From Candidatus Omnitrophota bacterium (GTDB lineage Bacteria > Omnitrophota > Gorgyraeia > Gygaellales > Profunditerraquicolaceae), in assembly GCA_043813255.1 (NCBI GenBank), contig JBDRLG010000126.1, forward strand, positions 2,882-66,881: a stretch of 64,000 bases of DNA, in the 5' to 3' direction. Position numbers and translations under genes: made by a program. The stretch's first letter is position 1; each line of letters begins with the position of its first letter. Positions 27,093 to 37,083 of the stretch are shown here, one piece after another. The notes under the pieces are model-generated. The model did not search any database. It saw only the letters and a program-made list of their open reading frames with translations, and had not been told where the DNA came from.

Positions 27093-29152
27093 AATATGCC
27101 TCCTAAGGAACAGATTAGAATTATAAGAGAGATCCCCGCGCCTAACTTAAAAGAAAAAGGCGAATAGATAAAATTAACAGTATATTGTCCGGGTTTATCT
27201 ATATAAACAGCCCTGAAAAAATAATTAGCACGGTAAATCTCGGTGCGTTTATCGTTTATATAAGCTTTCCAGCCGGGATAATGTGTGTCTGAAAGTACTA
27301 AGAATCCTTTAGAATTAGTTTTTAAACTGATTGATACTTTGCCGGGCTGGTATTTAGTGATATACGTATCAGATTTTAATTCAAGGGAAATATCTACCGG
27401 ATTTAATCCGGTGATTTTTTTCTCTAATATAACCGTCTTTTTAAGGTCAAAAGCTTTATCTTTTAAAGTATCCAATATTTGCTGTTTATCTTTTATAAAC
27501 ATGGCTTGATTAACAAAGAATACTCTCTGTAAGCTGTTTTTAAATTGGTAGCATGCAATTATATTGTCTTCGTATATTTTTTCAAATAAAGGACTGTTTT
27601 CATAATAATTTTCTATTTCTGGAAGTATTTTTTTATTTTCTTCATCTTCCTCTTCTGGCTTATTTAATATCACATATTTAGTGCCGCTGGCTTTTAAGTA
27701 ATTAGGGTATAAAAGGAAATTATAATACGCCTCTTCTTTAATTAAGGATATATTCAGGTTTGTTTTAGTAAATTCAAGATAACGTAAAAGTATTAAATTG
27801 CTTTGTCCGCTTGAGAAATAAGATTTCCCTTTGATAAAATATGTGTACTCAGAGTTTAGAAAAATTCGGCTCCTATCTTTAATTTCTAGTTTATCTAGTA
27901 ATTTATTGACACTTAAGTAAATTTGAAGGTCATTATTATTGTTATATGAATCCTTATATTTCTCTGAATAATTTTTTTGCCATGACAAAGAGATTGAAAA
28001 CAAAACCAATGTCAATAAAATTAATTTTATTATTTTAAACTTTATTTTTTCAATTCCGAATCCGGATAGTAGCGCTATAGAAAAAATAAAAATGTAGCTG
28101 GCGCGGATAGGCTTTTTAAAAAAAGAGAAAAAAGGCAGGTTTAAATACAGATAATTTGTTATAAAGTTCCGGCTGCTTAAAACAAGAAAAAGAATTGTGA
28201 TACATAAGTAGAAGTAATAATATTTAGGCTTATGCTTATTGAATAACGGAAAAAATGCCAGTAAAACCGCTGTTAAGCCGATAAATATATCCGGTTTATC
28301 GGTATTTAAAAAAATTATGGCCTTTAGGTATTCTATATTTAAATAATTAGAGTTATACATTAAATTATAATCTTTAATATAATATCTGGCTGAATTTTGG
28401 GCTAATTCCATTGTAGGTAAAAACTGGATTGAAAATATCCCTATGGAAATCAATATGATGAGAATAAAGGCAAAAAGTAGATTCCTTATAGTATAAAAAT
28501 TCTTAGTATCTTTCATGATAAAAAAAGATTTTAAAATAAAATAAGCTGTAAATAACAGAAAAAAATAATAAGAATATTGAATCCCGCCGCCTAATAATTG
28601 CATGCCATAAAAAATTCCTGTTAAGATTGCATATTTCCAGTTGATTAGTTTATTTAATGCTTTATTAAGAAAGAATAAAATCAAAGGAAACCAAATATAA
28701 GTATTAAGTATATTTGGTTCATATAGTCTGATCATCGCGAATATTATGCCTGCCGTCAAAGCGCCGGTTATTTTTATATTAATACTGCGGGCATATATAT
28801 ACATAAAGAATCCCGCAGTTAAGAAATAAAAGATATACATAAAATTGCTTACGGCAATATTTGACAGCGGAGTGTAGAACGGTATATAGATTCTTAAAAG
28901 AGTAAACGGAGATAATAAATTATAATAGTCCATATCGGCGAATAAAGGGCACCCGCAGGAAAAATAAGGGTTCCATAAAAAATATGCGGATTTTATAAAG
29001 GAAGAAACTATGTGGGAATGTACAAAAAAAACATCTGCCGGAAGATTATCAGCAAAATATTTAGCTTTGAATATAATATCTTTGAATAAAAAAATAGATA
29101 CCGCTATAAAAAGCAAAAAAATCAGAAGTTTTTTGAAGTATTTATAAAGCAT
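27050..29152 (-). CDS. YfhO-family GT-C membrane glycosyltransferase (paralog 1 of 3 in tandem array)
   Basis: 700 aa with about 13 TM helices. The C-terminal periplasmic domain carries LVLSDTHYPGWKAYINDKRTEIYRANYFFRAVYI, the YfhO C-terminal signature. That terminus is nearly identical at DNA level to 33107-33700. Confidence 0.7.
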   Translation of the reverse strand: MLYKYFKKLLIFLLFIAVSIFLFKDIIFKAKYFADNLPADVFFVHSHIVSSFIKSAYFLWNPYFSCGCPLFADMDYYNLLSPFTLLRIYIPFYTPLSNIAVSNFMYIFYFLTAGFFMYIYARSINIKITGALTAGIIFAMIRLYEPNILNTYIWFPLILFFLNKALNKLINWKYAILTGIFYGMQLLGGGIQYSYYFFLLFTAYFILKSFFIMKDTKNFYTIRNLLFAFILIILISIGIFSIQFLPTMELAQNSARYYIKDYNLMYNSNYLNIEYLKAIIFLNTDKPDIFIGLTAVLLAFFPLFNKHKPKYYYFYLCITILFLVLSSRNFITNYLYLNLPFFSFFKKPIRASYIFIFSIALLSGFGIEKIKFKIIKLILLTLVLFSISLSWQKNYSEKYKDSYNNNNDLQIYLSVNKLLDKLEIKDRSRIFLNSEYTYFIKGKSYFSSGQSNLILLRYLEFTKTNLNISLIKEEAYYNFLLYPNYLKASGTKYVILNKPEEEDEENKKILPEIENYYENSPLFEKIYEDNIIACYQFKNSLQRVFFVNQAMFIKDKQQILDTLKDKAFDLKKTVILEKKITGLNPVDISLELKSDTYITKYQPGKVSISLKTNSKGFLVLSDTHYPGWKAYINDKRTEIYRANYFFRAVYIDKPGQYTVNFIYSPFSFKLGAGISLIILICSLGGIFWLKRRFLHQIKKK

Positions 29153-31023
29153 TATTTCATAAAAACTTTATGCCATGTTAAAAATGTATATATTGTCCAT
29201 AGCTTACGGCTGTTGTCGAATTTATTGTTAAGGTGGTCTTTTATTAATTGCTTGATATAATAAGGGTTAAAATATTTTGTTTTAATAGTATTTTGTTCCG
29301 ATAACACATCTAATATTATATTTTTCTTTTTCTGCCTTATCCAGATTTTATCCGGGCTGCTTAAGCCATGTTTGGATTTTTTAAGTATTTTTTGAGGTAA
29401 TTTTCCCCGCATCGCTTTTCTTAATATATATTTTGTTTTAAAGTTCTTAATTTTCATTTCCGCGGGAATCGCTGCCGCAAACTCCACTAAATCTGAATCT
29501 AAATACGGAGTTCTTACTCTAAAAGAATTCATTTTGTTTAATGAGTTTTCAAAAAATAATATATTATCAGCCAGGTTAATTTTTAAGTCATTATGCAAAG
29601 CAGCATCCAGCCCGTAATTGTTTTTAAATTTATTTTCAGCTATTTTATTTTTATAATTTAAAAAAGAATCTTTAAATATCCTGTCTTCCAATAAGGTATT
29701 TTTTAAAAGTTCTTTCTTGTCTTCTTCCGTGAATATTTCTCTCCAATGGTAATGCACCCTTTCCGCAGGAAGAGTTGAGCCGTAAATAAAGTCACGGATT
29801 TTATAATTAAGGCTGATCGGTTTATAAGAATCAGGTATTAATTGTGTTAAAGGAGAAACAATGTATTTTTTTAAAAAATCAGGTATATTTTTATAAAGCG
29901 GAATCAGGATATCTGCCAGATGAGTAAGATATCCTGCGAAAAGTTCATCTCCTCCTTCCCCTGAAAAAGATATGTCCACCTCTCTGCTTGTATAATTGAC
30001 TAGAAAATAATAAGGAATAATCGTAGATTCAGAAATGATATCTCCTAAATTCCAAATAATATCCTCATAGGAACTAAGCGGATTATCCGGCAATATGTAA
30101 TGACGATGTTTGGTATTATAATGTTTGGAGACAATTCCTGCATATTTTGTTTCATCGTAATATTTTTCTTTAAATCCGATACTAAAAGTATTTATTTGAG
30201 ATTTATACATTTCAGCTATGGTATGAGCGATACTGCTTGAATCTAATCCTCCGCTTAAAAAAAGGCCCCAAGGGCGGCTGTTGGGCAGCCTTCTCTTTAC
30301 AGCTTTGCATATTAAATCCAGCGAATTTTCTATGTAATATTCTTCTGAAAATGTTTTATTCTGATAATTAAAGTTATTCTGCCAGTATTCTTTTGTCTGT
30401 ACGCCGGCATTCGATATGGTTGCTAAATATCCTGGAGGAAGTTTATTGATATTATTAAATATTGTTTTAGGAGAAGGTACATAACCGAAAGATAAATAAT
30501 CATAAAAACTATTGACGTCCATTGTTTTTGAGTATTCTTTGTCTTGTAAGATGGCTTTTATATCAGAAGAAAAAATAATGCTGTTTTTACAGACAGCATA
30601 ATAAATTTGTTTTACTCCCAGTTTATCCCGGACCAAAGTTAAAATTCTCTTGTTATTATCCCAGATAGCCAGGGAAAATATGCCGTCTAATTTATTGAAA
30701 TTTTCAGTCCCTTCTTCATATAAATGTATAATAATTTCCATATCTGAGAAACTTTTAAAAGTATGGCCTTTTTTAACAAGGTTTTCTTTCAGCTCAGCAT
30801 GGTTGTAAATTTCACCTTCAGCGGCTAAATAAACAGAATTATTTTCATTATGTAAAAGTTCAGCGTTAATAGAATTGTATAAGCATAAGCCGATATTATT
30901 TTTAACAAGGACGTTTCTATCATGGTAACTATTTTTCAATTTTAATTTTTCAGACATATCTAAAAAAGATTCTTTGACAAGTTTTTGTTTAGGATCAAGG
31001 TTATATTTTCCATAAATCAGCAT
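29152..31023 (-). CDS. Asparagine synthetase B-family amidotransferase lacking the N-terminal catalytic cysteine
   Basis: 623 aa. The synthetase-domain PP-loop is FLSGGLDSSSIA. The glutaminase-domain blocks AAEGEIYNHAELKENL and LDGIFSLAIWD..LVRDKLGVKQIYYA are present. However the N-terminus is MLIYGKY rather than MCG(I), with a GGAGA RBS 8 nt upstream of this ATG, so the class-II GATase nucleophile Cys is absent. Confidence 0.8.
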   Translation of the reverse strand: MLIYGKYNLDPKQKLVKESFLDMSEKLKLKNSYHDRNVLVKNNIGLCLYNSINAELLHNENNSVYLAAEGEIYNHAELKENLVKKGHTFKSFSDMEIIIHLYEEGTENFNKLDGIFSLAIWDNNKRILTLVRDKLGVKQIYYAVCKNSIIFSSDIKAILQDKEYSKTMDVNSFYDYLSFGYVPSPKTIFNNINKLPPGYLATISNAGVQTKEYWQNNFNYQNKTFSEEYYIENSLDLICKAVKRRLPNSRPWGLFLSGGLDSSSIAHTIAEMYKSQINTFSIGFKEKYYDETKYAGIVSKHYNTKHRHYILPDNPLSSYEDIIWNLGDIISESTIIPYYFLVNYTSREVDISFSGEGGDELFAGYLTHLADILIPLYKNIPDFLKKYIVSPLTQLIPDSYKPISLNYKIRDFIYGSTLPAERVHYHWREIFTEEDKKELLKNTLLEDRIFKDSFLNYKNKIAENKFKNNYGLDAALHNDLKINLADNILFFENSLNKMNSFRVRTPYLDSDLVEFAAAIPAEMKIKNFKTKYILRKAMRGKLPQKILKKSKHGLSSPDKIWIRQKKKNIILDVLSEQNTIKTKYFNPYYIKQLIKDHLNNKFDNSRKLWTIYTFLTWHKVFMK

Positions 31024-33131
31024 AATTTATTCTCCAATTTGGTTTTATTTTTAAGATAAAGGATACTTATTATACAACAAATTAGGGTTATAATAGAAAT
31101 AATAGCACCTAGTTTAAAAGCAAAAGGCGAATAGATAAAGCTAATAGTATATTCACCGGGTTTGTCTATATAAATAGCCCTGAAAAGATAGTTAGCCCGG
31201 TAAATCTCGGCTTGTTTATTGTTTACATAGGTTTTCCATCCGGGATAATAAGTATCTGAGAGCACCAAAAATCCCCTGGAGTTGGTTTTAAGGCTGATTG
31301 ATATTTTGCCGGGCTGGTAATCAGTAATCTGTGTATTGGATTCTAATTTAAGAGAGGTATCTTTTTGACTTAATCCAGAAATTTCTTTTTCCAATATAAC
31401 TGTTTCTTTGGGGTTAAAAGCTTTATCTTTAAAAGTATCCAGTATTTCCTGCTTATTTTTTATAAATAAGACTTGATTAACAAAGAATGCTCTTTGCATG
31501 CTGTCTCTGAATTGATAGCCAATGATTGCAGCATCTTCATATATTTTCTTAAATAACCGGTTGTTATCATAATAATTTATTATTTTCAGCAGTATCTGCT
31601 TGTTTTCATTATCCTCTTCTTCTGTTTTATTTAATACTATATATTTGGTATTACTAGCTTTTAAATAATTAGGATACAAAAGAAAATCATAATATAAGTT
31701 ATCTTGTATTTTATCAATATTGATGATAGAAGTCTTACTGAATTCAATATTCCTGGCGGGAATAAGATCACTTTGTCCTCCTAAAAAATAAGGGATATGA
31801 TTTAATAAATAAATACTTTTTTCATCAAAATCCAGATATACCCTGTATTTGTCTATGTCTGGAATGTCTTTTAATAAATTGTTAATATCATCGTAAAAAA
31901 TAAAAGAATCTTCAGATTGAGATTTAGAATATAAGGATGAAAATTCTGTTGAATGGAATATATTCCAAGCATAATAAATAGATATAATAACCGAAAGAAA
32001 TAATATCAATTTTATTATTTTATTCCTGATATTTTGTAGTCCTATCCCTGCCATAATTGAGACAGAAAAAATAAAAAATAAAGTAGACCTTATTGGAGAA
32101 ATAAAAAATGAGAAAGAAGGCAGATGGTTATATAAGAACCTGGTTAATATACTGGGAATGCTGATAAAAATAAAAAATATCGCAATTGAAAGATAAAAAT
32201 AATAGAATTTATTTTTATTTTTGTGTAATAATGGAGTTAAAGCAAGAATAATAGTAGGAATACCGGTAAAACTGAACATTTCACCTTTTCTTCCAGAGAA
32301 AAATATTTTTGATAAATTATTTAGTGTTTCTTGACTGTAACTTATATTAAAATCTTTTAAATAAAATCTAACTGAATGTATTGTTAATTCTATTGTGGGT
32401 AAAAGCTGAATAGCGGCTATACTTATGCCAGTTAAGAAAATAGTCAAAAATAAGAAACAAGATTGTTTTAAGTATGTCATATTTAAAGGAATATTCTTGA
32501 ATTTTGAAAAATATCTGAAAATAAAATATAGTATAAAAAATACAGAAAAATAATATGAATATTGCGGCAGACTAGTTGCAATTAAAATGCCGTATAATAA
32601 ACCCGTAATTATGCCATATTTCCAGTTTATTTTTTTCTCTGCTATGGATTTTTCAAACATAAAAAGAATGATAGGTATATAAATATATCCATTAACTGAA
32701 GGAATTTTATATCTGCGTATAATACCGAAAATAACAGCACTAAGGAAAGCGGATAATTTATTCAAACCTATATTTTTAGCATATAAATACATAAAAAGGC
32801 AGCATAGCGGATAAGAAATAATATAAGCTAAATTAAATGCTATGAAAGTAAATGAAGGGAAAAAATGTTGTATAAATACTCTTAAGATCGTAAAAGGACT
32901 TAATAAACAATAACATATATCAGCAAATAAAGGAAAACCGCAAAAATAATAAGGATTCCATAAAAAAAATGAATGTTTTATTAGAATTAAAGGGATATAA
33001 CAATGTGCATAAGGATCTGCGCTTGGCATAAGATTCCTATATAGCATGCTTTTTGACAGAATATCTTTAAATATAAAAATGCCAATAATGAAAAAAAACA
33101 GAAATATCAGCCAGTTTTCTTTTTTAGCCAA
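31017..33131 (-). CDS. YfhO-family GT-C membrane glycosyltransferase (paralog 2)
   Basis: 704 aa. The C-terminus reads LVLSDTYYPGWKTYVNNKQAEIYRANYLFRAIYI. The N-terminal WNPYYFCGFPLFAD block is shared with the other YfhO paralogs. Confidence 0.7.
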   Translation of the reverse strand: MAKKENWLIFLFFFIIGIFIFKDILSKSMLYRNLMPSADPYAHCYIPLILIKHSFFLWNPYYFCGFPLFADICYCLLSPFTILRVFIQHFFPSFTFIAFNLAYIISYPLCCLFMYLYAKNIGLNKLSAFLSAVIFGIIRRYKIPSVNGYIYIPIILFMFEKSIAEKKINWKYGIITGLLYGILIATSLPQYSYYFSVFFILYFIFRYFSKFKNIPLNMTYLKQSCFLFLTIFLTGISIAAIQLLPTIELTIHSVRFYLKDFNISYSQETLNNLSKIFFSGRKGEMFSFTGIPTIILALTPLLHKNKNKFYYFYLSIAIFFIFISIPSILTRFLYNHLPSFSFFISPIRSTLFFIFSVSIMAGIGLQNIRNKIIKLILFLSVIISIYYAWNIFHSTEFSSLYSKSQSEDSFIFYDDINNLLKDIPDIDKYRVYLDFDEKSIYLLNHIPYFLGGQSDLIPARNIEFSKTSIINIDKIQDNLYYDFLLYPNYLKASNTKYIVLNKTEEEDNENKQILLKIINYYDNNRLFKKIYEDAAIIGYQFRDSMQRAFFVNQVLFIKNKQEILDTFKDKAFNPKETVILEKEISGLSQKDTSLKLESNTQITDYQPGKISISLKTNSRGFLVLSDTYYPGWKTYVNNKQAEIYRANYLFRAIYIDKPGEYTISFIYSPFAFKLGAIISIITLICCIISILYLKNKTKLENKLC

Positions 33132-35188
33132 AATATGCCTCCTAAGGAACAGATTAGAGTTATAAGAGATATCCCTGCGCCTAATTTAAAAGAAAAAGGC
33201 GAATAAATGAAATTAACAGTATATTCGCCGGGTTTATCAATGTAAACAGCCCTAAAGAGATAATTAGCGCGGTAAATTTCAGCGGCGTTACCGTTTATAT
33301 AAGCCTTCCAGCCGGGATAATAGGTATCGGAAAGCACAAGAAAGCCTTTAGAGTTGGTTTTAAGGTTAATTGATACTTTTCCGGGTTGATAATCAGTAAT
33401 ATATGTTTTAGATTCTAATTTAAAAGGATTGTTTATTGAATTCAATCCGGCGGGTATTTGCTTTTCCAGTATAACTGCTTCTTTGGGTTCAAACATATTG
33501 TCTTTTAGAGTATCTAGTATTTGCTGTTTGTCTTTTATAAGTACAGCTTTATTGACAAGCACTACCCTTGCCATGCTGTCTTTAAAAGAATATCCTTTGA
33601 TTAAATTATCTTCATATATTTTTTCAAATAAAGGACTGTTTTCATAATAATTTTCTATCTTTGGTGTCATTCCTTCATTTTTCGCGTTCCCTTCTTCTAT
33701 TTTATCAAATATTATATATTTAGTGCCGCTAACTTTTAAGTAATTAGGGTATAACAGAAAATTATAATAAGCATATGCTCTCAATTTATCAATATTGCAA
33801 GTATTGGTTTTACTGAATTCCAGATAATGAGAAAGAACTAAATCACTAGAACCGCAAGAAAGATAAAATTTATATTTGGCCCAATTAACATCGTCTTGAT
33901 TTATAAATATCCTATAGTTCGTCAGAATCGGCTCTACAGTGTATAATTTTTTACTAAGTGCCTGATATCGTTTTTGGTTTGCGGAAAATTCAGTTATTTT
34001 ATTATAATGCCTGTCATATATACCGATTTTCCAAAAAGGATATATTTGCAATAAAAAAATGAATAATAGTAATATTTTTAAAGAAGTTGATTTTAATTTT
34101 TCTATCCCTGCCCCTGCTAAGATAGCAACTGAAAAAATACAAATATAGAATGCCCGTAAGTGTTTTTGTAAAAAGTTAAATGCCGGCAGATGATAGTATA
34201 AAAATTGAGAGACCGGGTGTTTACTGCTGATAATAAAAAAAATAAAGATAATAGACAGATAAAAGTAATAATAAGGAGTCTTTTTTCTGTAAAACACAGG
34301 TATTAAAGATAACATAATAGTCATTATTCCTAAGAAAACACGTGATCGGGAATAGTCAAATAATATTATGCTTTTTAAATAATCAAGGTTTAAATACTGG
34401 TAAGCATAGGATAAGTTGAATTTATTTAAATAAAACCGGGAAGATTCTTTTGCCAGTTCAATTGTCGGCAGTATTTGTACTGCGCTTATGCCAAACCCAA
34501 TAATAAAAATAAGAAAAAGCTTCAATATCTTTAGGTCAATTTTTTTAAATTGTAAGTAGAACCTGAAGATAAAATAAATACAGAGAAAAATTGAAAAATA
34601 ATATAATTCTTGTGTGGCTCCGCTTAAAAATTGCAAGGCATAAAAAATACCGGCTAAAATAATGTAATAAGTATTAAGGCATGTTTTTTGGAAAGACTTT
34701 TCGATGAAAAACAATATTATGCCGACCCAAACCCGTGCGGCAAATTCATGTGTCCCGCCTGCATCGGTACAGAAAAAAATATTATAAGTATAGATTAAAC
34801 CGCTTAATACAGCCCCTATCTTTCCTATGTTTATAGCTCTGGCATATAAATAAAGAAAGAATCCCGCTAGAGAAAAATGTAAAATATATATAAAATTAAA
34901 AGCAATAAAATTAGGTATATGAAATAGATATTGCAGAAGGAATATTAAAATCGTAAAGATATTTAAGAAATGTTTTCTATTAATTTCAGCTAAGTGAGGA
35001 AATCCGCAATATATATAAGGGTTCCAGAGTAAAGAACCTTGTTCTTCTAATTCGACTATAGTTCTTGGATAAATATAGTTTTTTTGTGAATTATTATTAA
35101 GGGTAATAAAAAAATCCTTATTAAAGAATATTACTGATATTAATACGAAAAATATAAAAATTAATATATTTTGATGAAGATTTTTCAT
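33107..35188 (-). CDS. YfhO-family GT-C membrane glycosyltransferase (paralog 3)
   Basis: The C-terminus LVLSDTYYPGWKAYINGNAAEIYRANYLFRAVYI is about 85-90% identical to the 27050 paralog. I chose the start at MKNLHQNILIF (35188) because the track start 35269 would overlap the carbamoyltransferase by 85 nt. Confidence 0.7.
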   Translation of the reverse strand: MKNLHQNILIFIFFVLISVIFFNKDFFITLNNNSQKNYIYPRTIVELEEQGSLLWNPYIYCGFPHLAEINRKHFLNIFTILIFLLQYLFHIPNFIAFNFIYILHFSLAGFFLYLYARAINIGKIGAVLSGLIYTYNIFFCTDAGGTHEFAARVWVGIILFFIEKSFQKTCLNTYYIILAGIFYALQFLSGATQELYYFSIFLCIYFIFRFYLQFKKIDLKILKLFLIFIIGFGISAVQILPTIELAKESSRFYLNKFNLSYAYQYLNLDYLKSIILFDYSRSRVFLGIMTIMLSLIPVFYRKKTPYYYFYLSIIFIFFIISSKHPVSQFLYYHLPAFNFLQKHLRAFYICIFSVAILAGAGIEKLKSTSLKILLLFIFLLQIYPFWKIGIYDRHYNKITEFSANQKRYQALSKKLYTVEPILTNYRIFINQDDVNWAKYKFYLSCGSSDLVLSHYLEFSKTNTCNIDKLRAYAYYNFLLYPNYLKVSGTKYIIFDKIEEGNAKNEGMTPKIENYYENSPLFEKIYEDNLIKGYSFKDSMARVVLVNKAVLIKDKQQILDTLKDNMFEPKEAVILEKQIPAGLNSINNPFKLESKTYITDYQPGKVSINLKTNSKGFLVLSDTYYPGWKAYINGNAAEIYRANYLFRAVYIDKPGEYTVNFIYSPFSFKLGAGISLITLICSLGGIFWLKKKTG

Positions 35189-36885
35189 TTTTTTAGCATG
35201 TAATTTCCTAATACTAATATATCTATCCGGCTGTTTAAATAACAGTTTATCGCATCTGCCGGCGAACAAACAATGGGCTCATCGCCTCTGTTAAAAGAAG
35301 TATTTAATACCATAGGAATTCCTGTTAAACGGTAAAATTCATTAATCAATTTCCGGAATTTAGGGTTGTTTTGTTCATCGATGCATTGAACTCTAATAGA
35401 GTTATCTATGTGGATAACTGCCGGAATCTTTCTTTTCTTTGTTTTACATACTTTGTAAACAAATTGCATATATGGAGAACCGGAAGGACTGTTAAAATAT
35501 TCCTGAAGGTATTCTGATAATATAGTTACCGCGAAGGGATTAAATTCTCTGCGGTTTTTTATCTCTAACAGAACATTTTTTAAATGCAGGTTTCCGGGAT
35601 GGGCTAATATGCTTCTATTGCCCAGTGCCCGCGGGCCAAACTCCATCCTTTCCTGAAACCAGCCTATGATTTTATTCAAAGATAATAATTCAGCCGTTGT
35701 TTTTTCAATGTTTTTACAATATGTATAATTTAATCCGGATGAATTTATGGCTTTTTGTATCTCTATATCAGCGTAATCCGGTCCGAGAAAGTCTGTTTGA
35801 GGCAGAAGTATTCTTTTTGCAGAAGTTTTTTTATAATAGTAATACAGAGCTCCTCCTATAGAACAGCCTGCATCTGAAGGGTTCGGCTGAATATATATAT
35901 TCTTAAAAGGGGTATTTTCTTTCAATTTGCCATTCATAACAGCATTCAGCATTATCCCACCGGAAAGACATAAATTATCAATTTTAGTTTCTTGGTAAAA
36001 ATAATTAGTCATATATAGAACAATGTCCTCTAGCCTCTTTTGTAAACTCGCGGCGATATTATATTCTTTTGTTGTTATTGGTGTATTATTGATTCTGGGA
36101 TAACCAAAAATTCCGGTGAGTTTTTTAGAAGAAAAGGTTGTTTTATTGGGATAATTTAACCGGCCGTTTTTATAATCGAAGTAATCCAAATCTAAATAAA
36201 ACCCTCCCTTGGAAGATAATCTAATGATTTTTTTAAATTCATTATAATATTCAGGCTGCCCAAAGGCAGCTAATGCCATAATTTTAGATTCATCTTTTCC
36301 CGGCCGAAAACCTAAAAATGAGGTAAAAAGGGAATATACAAAACCTAAAGAATGCGGCACCCGTATTCTTTTCCAAGGGAATATTTTATTATCTTTGCCT
36401 ATCCATAATCCGCAGGAGTCTAATTCCCCGCGTCCATCAAGAGTAACTATGTTGGCTTTTTTATAGGGAGATTGAAAAAACGCGCCAGCGGCATGCGCTA
36501 TATGATGTTCTACGCAGGCAAATTCGCTTTTTGTCGCCAAAGATAAAAGATTATTGAAACGGCGTTTTATTTTTAAACTATTATGCTTAAATTCATCCCG
36601 GTTATTAAGATAAAAAAATATTGAATCAGGAAATAATCGTAATCCAAGGTAAATTTTTGCTAAAGTATTAAGCCATATACTATAGGGATAGATAATAAAG
36701 TCTATTTCGGATGGGGCTATCCCGCTTTTTTTAAAACAAAATTCAACGGACTTTTCCGGAAAAATATCAGTATATTTTATTCTGTTTAATCGTTCTTCCT
36801 GTACCGCGGCTAATATTCGGCCGTCTGAAATAATTGCGGCGGCAGAAGGCAATTCACTTTCAAAGATGATACCTAATATATTCAT
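35185..36885 (-). CDS. NodU/CmcH/TobZ-family O-carbamoyltransferase
   Basis: 566 aa. The N-terminal ASKHA-like motif is MNILGI...AAIISDGRILAAVQEERLNRIKYT. Also present: HHIAHAAGAFFQSPYKKANIVTLDGRGE. The C-terminus has a YrdC-like domain. Confidence 0.85.
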   Translation of the reverse strand: MNILGIIFESELPSAAAIISDGRILAAVQEERLNRIKYTDIFPEKSVEFCFKKSGIAPSEIDFIIYPYSIWLNTLAKIYLGLRLFPDSIFFYLNNRDEFKHNSLKIKRRFNNLLSLATKSEFACVEHHIAHAAGAFFQSPYKKANIVTLDGRGELDSCGLWIGKDNKIFPWKRIRVPHSLGFVYSLFTSFLGFRPGKDESKIMALAAFGQPEYYNEFKKIIRLSSKGGFYLDLDYFDYKNGRLNYPNKTTFSSKKLTGIFGYPRINNTPITTKEYNIAASLQKRLEDIVLYMTNYFYQETKIDNLCLSGGIMLNAVMNGKLKENTPFKNIYIQPNPSDAGCSIGGALYYYYKKTSAKRILLPQTDFLGPDYADIEIQKAINSSGLNYTYCKNIEKTTAELLSLNKIIGWFQERMEFGPRALGNRSILAHPGNLHLKNVLLEIKNRREFNPFAVTILSEYLQEYFNSPSGSPYMQFVYKVCKTKKRKIPAVIHIDNSIRVQCIDEQNNPKFRKLINEFYRLTGIPMVLNTSFNRGDEPIVCSPADAINCYLNSRIDILVLGNYMLKK

Positions 36886-37083
36886 TTTAATTTTTTTTAA
36901 AATTCAGCAGAATTAAGCCATTTTTATTTGCTATATTATCAATTTCATCCTTATGCTTTTTTTATTGGACCCTATATCTAAATCTGAATGCCCAGCATAT
37001 TTTTAAAAAATAAAAATAATAACTGTTTTTATTATAAAGGCATTTTTTCATAGTGGATAAGTACTTTATCTCTTATAAATATA

